Shown here: piece by piece, positions 1-9,215 of the stretch
How positions within the stretch are numbered: the first letter of the stretch is position 1
Layout: each line of letters begins with the position of its first letter
NCBI GenBank assembly: GCA_018396535.1
Contig: JAGTQC010000002.1
Coordinates: forward strand, 64,001 to 128,000
Source: Candidatus Bathyarchaeota archaeon
Lineage (GTDB): Archaea > Thermoproteota > CALKCG01 > B24 > DRYS01
Direction: 5' to 3'
DNA length: 64,000 nucleotides
Translations under genes and position numbers: made by a program
Notes under the pieces: generated by a model
What the model was told of the DNA's origin: nothing
The model's input: the letters and a program-made list of their open reading frames with translations, nothing else
Database searches by the model: none

Positions 1-2091
1 TCATCATTAGCATATAAGTGTGGGGAAATAATTTCATATTTGAAAGCACAACTAGAGACTATCGATAGATTAGCGAATATACAATTGCTGAGCGAAGCAA
101 TCGACAGAATTATGCATGATAATCAAATACCAGGTGTATACGGATTATTATACAATAATATCAAATTTAAGGATGAATTTAAGATAGCTCTAGAATCTAT
201 AGCGGGCGTATTTCTATATGCTGTTATTGTGAAAGATATAAATTCTTGTCTTATGTGTCTAGATAAATTGAAGAAATTAGGTATAGATAAAGCTATAGTT
301 ATCCCACTTTCAGATATCAAACCTACTGTTTTATCAAATTATCCCTACATCGAGGGTATTTTAGGTCTATCTCTAAATTTTGTAGAATATAATCCAGAGT
401 TTAAACCAGTAGTAGATCTACTATTCGGGAATACCCTTATAGTTTCGGATAGAAGAATAGCTATAGAACTTTCTAATAAAGGATTTAGATCTGTGACGAT
501 CGAAGGTGAGTTATACGAACCTGAGGGGCCTATCAGATTAGGATCTTTCTTAAGACTTGATCATTCAAAATTCCTAGTTAAAAGCAAGCTTTTATCAAAT
601 CTTATAGATCTATCTAGACGTTTAGAGAAAGCTCTGACTAACAAATCTGAGAGCTATAGACGTTTAGTAGAGGAATATAGAGCTATTCGTAGAAGATATA
701 TTGAACTTGAAAAGTGGCTAGCGGTTATAGATGTATATCAGAATATACTCGAGAGAGAGATAATTCAACTTAATAAACGTAGAGATAATCTAGAAAAGAG
801 TATAGCAGAACTACGCATAGAGTATGATCAGCTCATAAATAGAGTGAATTCTGAACGTACAGATATTATATCCTTCGAGAGAAAACTTAATCTCATAGCT
901 AAACAGCTTTCAGAAATATCCTCCAAAACTATTTCATCAAATATCGATGAAAAAATCTTTAAGGAATTTTCAAATATAGCTGCTGAATTATCAATCCTAG
1001 AAGAAGATCTATTAAGAGTAAGGTCTGAAAAATCGATGCTTCAAGGTAAATTGGGTATGCTTGGAGATAGAGAATATACTATGCTTAAAGCTGAACTAGA
1101 TAGATTATTAGAGGATGCTTCATCCTTACAGAATCGACGTAAAGTGTTAGAGGAGCAGTTAAAGAATGTGACACACTCTATAGAGAGAATAGAATCTGAT
1201 ATCAGATCTAGATGTGTAGGAGAGAATTCAAAAGCCCCGGATCTATACGGAAGATTATCGGTTATTAGGAAGGAGATGGAAACTACTGAGGAATCGTATA
1301 GGATGCTCGTAGATAGATTACGTATGGTCGAAGCAGCTATCCATGAGAGAAAAGCTAAGTTAGAGTTGATGGAGGTTGAACTTCATAAGCTAGGCTTTGA
1401 AGAACCTGTACCTATAGATAGCCAGGATATTTCGTCATTAGAGAATTTAATAGTTAAGTACGAGACTGAAATAGAAGCGCTAGGCTCTGTTAACCTTCTA
1501 TCAGTAGATGAATACGAAGATGTTAAACGCAGACATGATGAACTAGCTAAGAAGGTTAATGTATTGAGAGAGGAGAAGTTATCCATAGAGAAGTTTATCG
1601 AAGAGATTGAAAGCGAGAAGAAACGTGTATTCATGGAATTTCTAGATAGATTAAATTCTAAGCTTAGGGAGGTATTCAGTAAATTTACTAGCGGAGGGGA
1701 TGCATGGCTTGAACCCGAGGATAAAACCAACATATTTAATGGAGGTATAGACCTTATAACGGCGTTCCCAGGTAAACCTAGACGCTCTCTAAGCATAGCT
1801 AGTGGTGGCGAGAAGACTATAGCAGCTCTATCTTTTGTATTCGCTCTATCCAAATTGAATCCCACAACTGTATATATACTAGATGAAGTCGATGCCCACT
1901 TAGACCCGGTAAATCTAGAAAGGCTAGCCTCAGCTTTAAAAGATCTATCCAATGAGAGCCAGATTATAGTGATAAGCTTGAAAGATGTTATAGCATCTAA
2001 AGCTGATAAGATCTACGGCATATACTCTAAGGGAGGCTTATCTAAAGTTGTAGCTGCAGTTATGAATGTGGAGGCTATTAGTAATGGGTGA
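1..2091 (+). CDS. smc: Chromosome segregation protein SMC (condensin); 5'-truncated by the window edge
   Basis: Frame is open from base 1. Hinge domain (GVYGLLYNNIKF...LFGNTLIV...VTIEGE), long coiled coil, C-terminal head with ASGGEK signature and YILDEVDAHLD Walker B/D-loop. Followed by scpA and scpB. Confidence 0.95.
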   Translation, partial: SSLAYKCGEIISYLKAQLETIDRLANIQLLSEAIDRIMHDNQIPGVYGLLYNNIKFKDEFKIALESIAGVFLYAVIVKDINSCLMCLDKLKKLGIDKAIVIPLSDIKPTVLSNYPYIEGILGLSLNFVEYNPEFKPVVDLLFGNTLIVSDRRIAIELSNKGFRSVTIEGELYEPEGPIRLGSFLRLDHSKFLVKSKLLSNLIDLSRRLEKALTNKSESYRRLVEEYRAIRRRYIELEKWLAVIDVYQNILEREIIQLNKRRDNLEKSIAELRIEYDQLINRVNSERTDIISFERKLNLIAKQLSEISSKTISSNIDEKIFKEFSNIAAELSILEEDLLRVRSEKSMLQGKLGMLGDREYTMLKAELDRLLEDASSLQNRRKVLEEQLKNVTHSIERIESDIRSRCVGENSKAPDLYGRLSVIRKEMETTEESYRMLVDRLRMVEAAIHERKAKLELMEVELHKLGFEEPVPIDSQDISSLENLIVKYETEIEALGSVNLLSVDEYEDVKRRHDELAKKVNVLREEKLSIEKFIEEIESEKKRVFMEFLDRLNSKLREVFSKFTSGGDAWLEPEDKTNIFNGGIDLITAFPGKPRRSLSIASGGEKTIAALSFVFALSKLNPTTVYILDEVDAHLDPVNLERLASALKDLSNESQIIVISLKDVIASKADKIYGIYSKGGLSKVVAAVMNVEAISNG

Positions 2092-2788
2092 GAAACCATT
2101 CTGGCTTGAAGAACCATGGATTACTCTCATAGATTTATCTAAGATGAGTTCTATAGATCCATGGTCTATAGATTTAAAGATGCTTATCCTAGGATTTTTA
2201 GAGAAACTTAAATCCTATGGGTTGATAAATTTCTCCATACCAGGAATTGTTCTTCTATCATCTGCTACAATATTCAAACTTAAAGTTGAATATATATTCA
2301 AACCGTTTACTGTTAAAGTCGAAAAAGATAGAGAACAGTCTGAGGGGAAAACTAGAACTACACCTACGTTGGATATCCCGACGATAGATCTCCCATTAAG
2401 GTATAACTTTGCTTCACTCGATATAGAATCCATCTTAAAACTATTGATAGAAGTTCTTGAAGAAGCTAGTAAAGTTAGGATCGAGCCACCCTCCATAGAT
2501 AAACTTATCGAAGATTCTCAATCGTTCATACTTGAGGAGAGCTTTGAATCTAAGATAGAGACTTGGATAGGTGAATTAGAGGAGAGAATAAGAACCTTAT
2601 TATGGAGCGGATACGAGTATATAAGCTTCCGAAAAATTGTAGAGAATATGGATCTGCGAAGTCAGATTAGGATGTTTATAGCTCTACTCTTCCTCGCTCA
2701 TCAAGGTAAAGTCGATTTATTTCAAGATGAATCTGAATCTGATCTAATCATATCTGTGGAGGGTTATAAGGTTTGGTTGAAGAGTTAA
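2084..2788 (+). CDS. scpA: Segregation/condensation protein A (kleisin)
   Basis: IDPWSIDL motif and C-terminal winged helix (MFIALLFLAHQGKVDLFQ). ATG at 2084 overlaps the end of smc; the ORF track starts it at 2066. Confidence 0.9.
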   Translation: MGEKPFWLEEPWITLIDLSKMSSIDPWSIDLKMLILGFLEKLKSYGLINFSIPGIVLLSSATIFKLKVEYIFKPFTVKVEKDREQSEGKTRTTPTLDIPTIDLPLRYNFASLDIESILKLLIEVLEEASKVRIEPPSIDKLIEDSQSFILEESFESKIETWIGELEERIRTLLWSGYEYISFRKIVENMDLRSQIRMFIALLFLAHQGKVDLFQDESESDLIISVEGYKVWLKS

Positions 2789-3333
2789 AGAAGATAGTTG
2801 AAGCCATACTCTATGTAGCTGGTAGACCTATAGAAATTTCTAAGATACACAAGGTTTTGAAGAAGTTCTTTCCATCCATAGATATGGAGGATATACGTAG
2901 AGCTATACTACAGCTTATGGATGATCTCAACACCTACGGCTCAGCCTTAGAGGTTATACAACTTCCTGGTGATAAATTCGTCTTACAACTTAAACCTGAA
3001 TACTCTGATATAGCTAAGTTTTTCGCTTTCACATCACCTATAAGTAAAGGTTTACTAAAGACTTTATCATATATTGCTTTTAATCAGCCAGTATCTTTAA
3101 GCCAAGTTGCAAAAGTTAGAGGTAGCTCAGCATACCGTCATGTACGTGAGTTGAAGCGTATGAAACTAATATCGTTTGAGAAAAAGGGTAGAGAAACCAT
3201 ACTATACACTAGTAATAATTTCAATGAGATGATGGGTTTATCAGGGACGCCATCAGAGATATCTGAAATTCTAAGAAGACTTTTTTCCTCTAAGCATGGA
3301 GAAGGTACATTGAGACTACCGAATTTATCGTGA
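2773..3333 (+). CDS. scpB: Segregation/condensation protein B (KITE)
   Basis: VEAILYVAGRPI, LKTLSYIAFNQPV and VRG motifs; third gene of the smc operon. Confidence 0.92.
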   Translation: MVEELKKIVEAILYVAGRPIEISKIHKVLKKFFPSIDMEDIRRAILQLMDDLNTYGSALEVIQLPGDKFVLQLKPEYSDIAKFFAFTSPISKGLLKTLSYIAFNQPVSLSQVAKVRGSSAYRHVRELKRMKLISFEKKGRETILYTSNNFNEMMGLSGTPSEISEILRRLFSSKHGEGTLRLPNLS

Positions 3334-3380
3334 TAGAATTTATATATAGGCTCCCTCTCCTAGATGGATGAGATGCAGAG

Positions 3381-3776
3381 ATGCCTATCTGGCATTGGGA
3401 TCTACATAAGCGTAAGCAATCAGGTGGTAAACGTAGAGCTTATCGTGGTAAACGTAGGTATGAAAGCGGGGGGTATCCTACCGAGACTATTGTAGGTACC
3501 CCTAAGCGTAAGGTAGAACGAGCTATGGGTGGTAACGTTAAAGTTAAACTACTATCTGATAATATCGTAAATGTATCTGATCCATCAACTGGTAAAACCG
3601 TTAGAACAGAGATTCTAAGAGTCGTTAAGAATCAGAGTAACATAGATTATGATCGAAGGGGTGTACTAACAAAGGGAGCTATAGTAGCTACCCAACTTGG
3701 ATTAGCTAGGATAACATCTCGTCCAGGTCAGGATGGTGTTCTAAATGCTATCCTTATAGAATCTTCTTCTAGATGA
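3381..3776 (+). CDS. rps8e: 30S ribosomal protein eS8
   Basis: KRKQSGG, LTKGAIV and ITSRPGQDGVLNA motifs. Confidence 0.96.
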   Translation: MPIWHWDLHKRKQSGGKRRAYRGKRRYESGGYPTETIVGTPKRKVERAMGGNVKVKLLSDNIVNVSDPSTGKTVRTEILRVVKNQSNIDYDRRGVLTKGAIVATQLGLARITSRPGQDGVLNAILIESSSR

Positions 3777-3787
3777 TATGATTAGGT

Positions 3788-4096
3788 ATGAAACTTAAGA
3801 ATCGTGTGATAGTATGGCTGGTCTATCTAGATTCTAAGCGTTCGAGAAGATCTGGTAGACGCTTACCTAGGGATATAGCTGTAGATAATCCTAAATTGGA
3901 AGAGTTGATCGAAGCTGCTAAGAAGCTGAATCTAAACCCTGAAGCTTATCCTAATAAAGCTTATCCTAGATCATGGTGGGATGAAACAGGGTATATTATA
4001 GTAGATAAAAAGTGGCCTAAACAAGAGCTTCTAAAGAAACTTGCTGAAGAGATTGCTAAGATTAGAATTGATAAATCTAAGATGATCTCGAGGTAG
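3788..4096 (+). CDS. srp19: Signal recognition particle protein SRP19
   Basis: VWxxYLDSKRSRRSGRR and KAYPRSWW motifs; conserved position after rps8e. Confidence 0.93.
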   Translation: MKLKNRVIVWLVYLDSKRSRRSGRRLPRDIAVDNPKLEELIEAAKKLNLNPEAYPNKAYPRSWWDETGYIIVDKKWPKQELLKKLAEEIAKIRIDKSKMISR

Positions 4097-4206
4097 AGTA
4101 TTTTCCAATCTCAAACTATTTAAGTCTAACCTTATAGTATTATGTTTACCCTGAATAAGATTTATTTAGGAGGCTATTACCGTTTCGTAGGTAGGGTGAG
4201 GCTGAG

Positions 4207-4596
4207 ATGCCTAAACCTATGTATGTAAGGTTTGATGTTCCGAAAGAGCTGGCGGATGCGGCCTATGAGCTATTGGTTACTGTAAGGAATTCTGGAGGTA
4301 AAGTGAAGAAGGGGGCTAATGAAGTAACTAAAGCCGTAGATAGAGGTCTAGCTAAACTTGTATTGATAGCTGAAGATGTAGATCCACCGGAGATAGTAGC
4401 GCATTTACCATTGTTATGCGAGGAGAGGAAAATTCCATACGTTTATGTCCCATCTAAACAGAAGCTCGGAGAGGCTTCAGGTATAGAGGTTCAGGCATCC
4501 TCCGCATGTATAATAGATCCGGGAGAAGCTAAAGATGTACTCCAAGCGTTTATAGAGAAACTTAACGCTCTACGTAAGGGTGGTACTAGGGGTTGA
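4207..4596 (+). CDS. rpl7ae: Ribosomal/K-turn binding protein L7Ae
   Basis: [14 protein letters not shown] and [15 protein letters not shown] motifs. Confidence 0.97.
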   Translation: MPKPMYVRFDVPKELADAAYELLVTVRNSGGKVKKGANEVTKAVDRGLAKLVLIAEDVDPPEIVAHLPLLCEERKIPYVYVPSKQKLGEASGIEVQASSACIIDPGEAKDVLQAFIEKLNALRKGGTRG

Positions 4597-4802
4597 GCTA
4601 TAGAGAGGATGTAACCCCCGCCGAGGTTATACAGATATTAGGTAGAACTGGGCCTACAGGCGAGGTTCAGATAGTTAGAGTAAAGATACTAGAAGGTAAG
4701 GATTCTGGACGTATAATATCTAGGATAGTTAAGGGGCCTGTACGTGTAGGAGATATACTTATGCTTAGAGAGACTGAGAGAGAGGCTAGAGGCCTCAGGT
4801 GA
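4593..4802 (+). CDS. rps28e: 30S ribosomal protein eS28
   Basis: GRTGPTGEV and [21 protein letters not shown] motifs. Confidence 0.96.
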   Translation: MSYREDVTPAEVIQILGRTGPTGEVQIVRVKILEGKDSGRIISRIVKGPVRVGDILMLRETEREARGLR

Positions 4803-4806
4803 TCCT

Positions 4807-5019
4807 ATGCCTAGGGATAGGACCTGCGTATTCTGCGGTGGTAAGATACCTCCAGGGACAGGTCTACTATTTGTTAGAAACGATGGGAGCCTACTATGGT
4901 TCTGTTCTCGTAAATGTAGGGTTAGTATGCTTAAGATGCATAGGGATCCTAGAAAGCTTAAATGGACGATTCACCATGGTAAGAAGGAAATAGTTAAACC
5001 TACAGATCAGCATCTTTAG
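4807..5019 (+). CDS. rpl24e: 50S ribosomal protein eL24
   Basis: CxFCG...PGTG...FCSRKC...PRKLKWT. Confidence 0.96.
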   Translation: MPRDRTCVFCGGKIPPGTGLLFVRNDGSLLWFCSRKCRVSMLKMHRDPRKLKWTIHHGKKEIVKPTDQHL

Positions 5020-5033
5020 GAGGCTGTTAATCC

Positions 5034-5645
5034 TTGAAGATAATCGTAGTCGCTGTTCCAGGAGGAGGTAAAACCACGATAATGAATTATGTAAAAAAGA
5101 GAAAGCCTGATGTAGTTATAGTGAATTTCGGAGATTATATGTTTGATATAGCTAAGATACGTTTCGGTATAAAGGATCGAGACGAGATGCGTAGAAAGAT
5201 ACCTGTAGATCAATATAGAGCTATCCAGGAGGAGGCTGCTAAACGTATAGCAGAGCTTAAAGGAGATGTCCTGATAGATACCCATGCAGCTATAAAGAAG
5301 CCTGAAGGCTTCTACCCGGGTCTACCAGACTATGTAGTCTCTCTGATGAAGCCCGACGTCATACTACTATTCGAATTCGATCCCTATGTAGTTCTACAGC
5401 GTAGGATGAAGGATATACGTGGTGAAGGTGCTACCCTGAGAACTGGTAGAGATGTAGAGTCTGTGGGAGAGATAGAAGCTCACCAACAGGCTAATAGATA
5501 CTTCGCTTTCGCAGCTGCTAACGCATCCGGATGTACCGTTAAGATAGTGGATCTAAGATTCAAGGAGAGCCGCCCATTCGAACATGCAGAGGTAGGAGCT
5601 GAAGAGATAGTGAAGCTATTCGAAGGATCAACCCTTACCTATTAG
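5034..5645 (+). CDS. adkA: Archaeal-type adenylate kinase
   Basis: P-loop VPGGGKTT, VNFGDYM, RDEMRR, IDTHA and GFYPGLP motifs. Confidence 0.88.
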   Translation: MKIIVVAVPGGGKTTIMNYVKKRKPDVVIVNFGDYMFDIAKIRFGIKDRDEMRRKIPVDQYRAIQEEAAKRIAELKGDVLIDTHAAIKKPEGFYPGLPDYVVSLMKPDVILLFEFDPYVVLQRRMKDIRGEGATLRTGRDVESVGEIEAHQQANRYFAFAAANASGCTVKIVDLRFKESRPFEHAEVGAEEIVKLFEGSTLTY

Positions 5646-6212
5646 CCTATAGTAGACGGTTGCAGGGCATCCTACGCATCTCCCCTCCATATAGCTTTTA
5701 CAAGGTCTACAATCTACACCGCATGGAGGCTTCTCTAAACCTCTGCCCATAAGGTTTAATCTTACAGGTATATATGGCTCATATAGTACGCCTCCTATAG
5801 GATAATACTCGACTCTAGCTACACCATCCAAACTCTTGATAGAACATCCCGCAGAAGATATACAGTGTAGCGTCCTATAATCTTCAGCTATCATCAAAGC
5901 TACGAGATTATAGCTTCCAAGAACAGGGAGGAACCATACAATCCTAGGGCACTCCCTAAACCTCTTGATAATAGAGTCCATAAACCTCTTATTTTTAACA
6001 TCTACAAATACTAACAGGGGTATCCAGCCTAATAGCTCTATGTTAACGCTAGCTGAAACCTTGATGACATTATTTCTGAAAAGTCCATCAAGCCTCTTCT
6101 TAACACCCATAACCGTATATCCAATTTCCTCGCTTAACTCTTTAAGAGTAGCCCTCCCATCTACCGCTAGTCGTGAGATCAACTTCCGGTCAACTTCGTC
6201 TAGAATATTCAT
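5628..6212 (-). CDS. Lrp/AsnC-family regulator with C-terminal Cys-rich domain
   Basis: LDEVDRKLI...DGRATLKELS HTH, RAM domain, then CGVDCRPC-x7-CVGC. Confidence 0.85.
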   Translation of the reverse strand: MNILDEVDRKLISRLAVDGRATLKELSEEIGYTVMGVKKRLDGLFRNNVIKVSASVNIELLGWIPLLVFVDVKNKRFMDSIIKRFRECPRIVWFLPVLGSYNLVALMIAEDYRTLHCISSAGCSIKSLDGVARVEYYPIGGVLYEPYIPVRLNLMGRGLEKPPCGVDCRPCKSYMEGRCVGCPATVYYRLIGKG

Positions 6213-6439
6213 GAGTTTAGATTATAAACAAAACTTTATATAAACGTTTAGAATAGAAACCCTATATGCATGAAGAAGCTTTTGGTAAAGCACGGCGGAA
6301 GCTACTACCCGCTATGCTGAAGGAATATTTTCCAACATTAATGTTATTAATGGTTATTGGATTATTTATAGTCGGAGCATTTTCGTCTGGAAATCAGATT
6401 TAGAAAGGGACGCTACAGATTTCATTATTTGATGGAATC

Positions 6440-7208
6440 TTGTTGACTATCATAGGGTTTGCAGCTGGATTGCTTGGAGGGCTTATCGGTACTGGAGGAT
6501 GTAGTATCATATTGCCTACACTACATTTTTGGCTAGGCTACCCAGCTCCACTAGTTATAGGAACAACATTATTTGCCGTTATCTTCACAACACTCTCTGG
6601 AGCCTATGGGCATCTTATAAGGAAGAATCTCGATAAGAATGCAGCTTTATGGATCGGGGTTAGGCACTCTAGGTGTTCTTGTCGGCTCCTGGCTTTTTAC
6701 GATACTCGTTGAATATGTCAGCATACTGAATCTTATCCTTGGTATCGTATTTCTTTGGACATCATGTAGAATGATAGTTGAGGGTATAGGTATCGCTAAA
6801 TCTAAAGCAGATAAACAAGGGAAGAATATCCCCGGATCGAGAATGGAGATGGGTATTTTCGGTTCCATAATAGGAGTCTTAACAGGTATCGTCGGTTTAG
6901 GTGGTGGATACGCTCTTGTCCCTGGATTGATATACCTGTTTAACGTTCCAGTCTACGTTACGATGGGAACATCCCTAGCGTCGATGATCCCGTTAGCTGT
7001 TGCCGGCGGAGTGGTAAAGGCGGCTCAAGGCTATGTCGTATTAAGCGCTGGATTTTTACTTGCTGCGGGGGCTATCGTAGGCGCGCAGCTTGGAGCGGCG
7101 TTAATCAAAAAGTTTAAGCCAAACACATTGAAGCTAATATTCGGAGCTTACTTTCTTTACGTTGCACTCAAGTTTATAACAGGATACTTTGGAATCATGA
7201 TATGGTGA
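6440..7208 (+). pseudogene. TauE/SafE (sulfite exporter-family) permease, frameshifted
   Basis: Overlapping ORFs 6440-6712 and 6639-7208 each carry one TauE half-repeat (GLIGTGG...AxGTTL; GIVGLGGG...MGTSLA). The frame changes at the G4 run at 6656-6659. Confidence 0.75.
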
Positions 7209-7534
7209 AAATTTTGTATAGAAAGTATAATGTTAATATTTATATCCCTGCACTCTGAATAAGACTATTACTTCACTCTCATTGCTACAGGCATTTATAC
7301 ATTTTTAGAGATGAAATGAGCTAAGCTTAAGGGTTATGATCCACTTTATAAATCTTAATAACGGATTTGTAAGATGGCTTATCTGGTTATTTTCCTAGCT
7401 ATAAGAGTTAGTATATGGTTTAATATTTCAAGTTTTTTGTTTAAAAATTAAACGAGGTTTTACTTATTAAATTTTATATAAAAATTTCTATAATTTAGCC
7501 TTATATTATACCTATGTAATCTCTGGTATGTGGT

Positions 7535-7924
7535 ATGTCTAGCAGACCTAGATTCGTAATGTGCATATGTACTGGTGAATGTCCTGGGTTTGCTAAGCTC
7601 GATCTATGGAAGCTGGTGAACTATATACGTAACGAGCTTGATGTAGAGTATGCGATAATACATCCACAGCTATGCGTAGATGATGGCGATAGATTCTTCA
7701 GGGATTATCTTAAGGAAGGCCCTACAGATATAGTCTATATCATAGGCGGCTGTGATCCTAGGATGCAGAGGAGACTCTTCAGAGAGGCTTTCGAATCTAA
7801 GAAGCTCGATATGGATAGAAACCTGGTATCTTTGGATCTTAGAAATATGAGTACTGAGGAAGCTATGAGGAAAGTTGCCGAAGCCGTAGAGGGGGTTAAG
7901 AGGAGGGTTAGAACTGATGGTTGA
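7535..7924 (+). CDS. Stand-alone protein resembling the HdrA N-terminal Fe-S domain
   Basis: CICxxxC, HPQLC, GGCDPR and LDLRN echo the HdrA N-terminal CxCG / LC / AACSPR / NIR pattern. Confidence 0.6.
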   Translation: MSSRPRFVMCICTGECPGFAKLDLWKLVNYIRNELDVEYAIIHPQLCVDDGDRFFRDYLKEGPTDIVYIIGGCDPRMQRRLFREAFESKKLDMDRNLVSLDLRNMSTEEAMRKVAEAVEGVKRRVRTDG

Positions 7925-8204
7925 AAGGATGTATCTAGGTATCCCGCGTAGAGAGATCCCATGGTATCCGCAGATAGATTATGAAAGGTGTATCGGCTGT
8001 CTTACATGCGTTAAGCATTGTCCTCACAATGTCTACGGTACAGAGGGTAATCCTGCTAAGCCTGTAGTTGTAAACCCGTATAACTGTATAGTTGGTTGTA
8101 GCTCCTGTGCTAAGCTATGCCCCTCTGAAGCGATAAAGTTCCCGTCTAAAGATGAGTTGAGGGAGATCTTAAAGAATCTTAGAGGGAAGTATGGCTTAGG
8201 ATAG
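7917..8204 (+). CDS. 2[4Fe-4S] ferredoxin
   Basis: CIGCLTCVKHCP and CIVGCSSCAKLCP motifs. Confidence 0.92.
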   Translation: MVERMYLGIPRREIPWYPQIDYERCIGCLTCVKHCPHNVYGTEGNPAKPVVVNPYNCIVGCSSCAKLCPSEAIKFPSKDELREILKNLRGKYGLG

Positions 8205-8291
8205 CCTACTCACCATCTATCTCAAACAAGTAGCTACGGTTTATTTTTTAAACCAATACTTAAATCGTTTAGCTACTAACTTTTACTCAGT

Positions 8292-8867
8292 ATGAGTGGA
8301 TCGGTAGAAGGCTTTCGAGTGGAGATCTCTAGAGGTAGATGCCTTAAGGATCCTACTAAAGTTATGATAGAAGCATTCTATCCCGAAGGGTTTGGTGACT
8401 CCGTGGAGATGCTTGCATTAATTCTCCCGCCGTTGAAAGCTAGATATTCTAGGCAGAATCGTTGCACTACTATTATAAATGAAGGTAGGCTTATAGGCGT
8501 ATATTCTGATGGAAGGATATTATTCTGCGCTAAGGATATGGATGAGATTAGAAGCATCCTGAAATATGTTAGGAATCTCCTAGAAGAAGCTTCTAGATTA
8601 GTTAGAGAAAAAGGCCCTCCAAGAGTGGAAGATGTAGAAGCTTATGGTAGGATTTCAGTTTTCAAACTATATGATTATCTCCCTAAAACAAATTGCGGCT
8701 TATGTGGATATTCTACATGTATAGCTTTCGCAACTAAGGTTCTCCAGGGTGAAGCTAAGCTTAAGGATTGTAGCTTATTGAGTATATATGAGTGGAAGCA
8801 TTTAGTCATAAAACTCGAAAAAGATTTTAATACAACGATACTCAAAAGCTTAGGTTGGTTTGCTTAA
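8292..8867 (+). CDS. Fe-S binding protein with C-terminal CdhE/RnfB-type 4Fe-4S domain
   Basis: LPKTNCGLCGYSTCIAFA...LKDC motif. Confidence 0.8.
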   Translation: MSGSVEGFRVEISRGRCLKDPTKVMIEAFYPEGFGDSVEMLALILPPLKARYSRQNRCTTIINEGRLIGVYSDGRILFCAKDMDEIRSILKYVRNLLEEASRLVREKGPPRVEDVEAYGRISVFKLYDYLPKTNCGLCGYSTCIAFATKVLQGEAKLKDCSLLSIYEWKHLVIKLEKDFNTTILKSLGWFA

Positions 8868-9215
8868 AGTAAGTTACTGTTATGAACATTGAGAAAGCTG
8901 ATCTACTTGAAGAATTAGAGAAAACTAGAAGATAAGTTATATGTATTAGTCTTAATACCTATTCATTAATAAAAATCCAATTAAAATATTCAAAAATACT
9001 TGATTTTTAATAATATTGAAAGAGAGCTAAGGATACAACCAACATACTGTGAGAAAATTAACGAAGCATGCAGTATGAGGGGACATTATGAATATACGAG
9101 TTATACGGATTATACTATTGATGGAGATGGAGCATAGAGTAGAGGAACTTGTCAGATTCCAGACTACCCTAAAATTTTTCTCTTTAAGACAATCTAATAA
9201 AAATGGGGGTGTTCT

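Noticed and set aside
4170-4215. Autoregulatory K-turn in the rpl7ae leader
   Set aside because: GA-containing words are present, but I could not build convincing flanking stems by eye.
7917-8867. hgcAB mercury-methylation pair
   Set aside because: No HgcA cap-helix motif or TM domain, and the ferredoxin lacks the C-terminal cysteines.
8880-9160. Possible gene remnant in the AT-rich gap
   Set aside because: Only short broken frames with no recognisable family.
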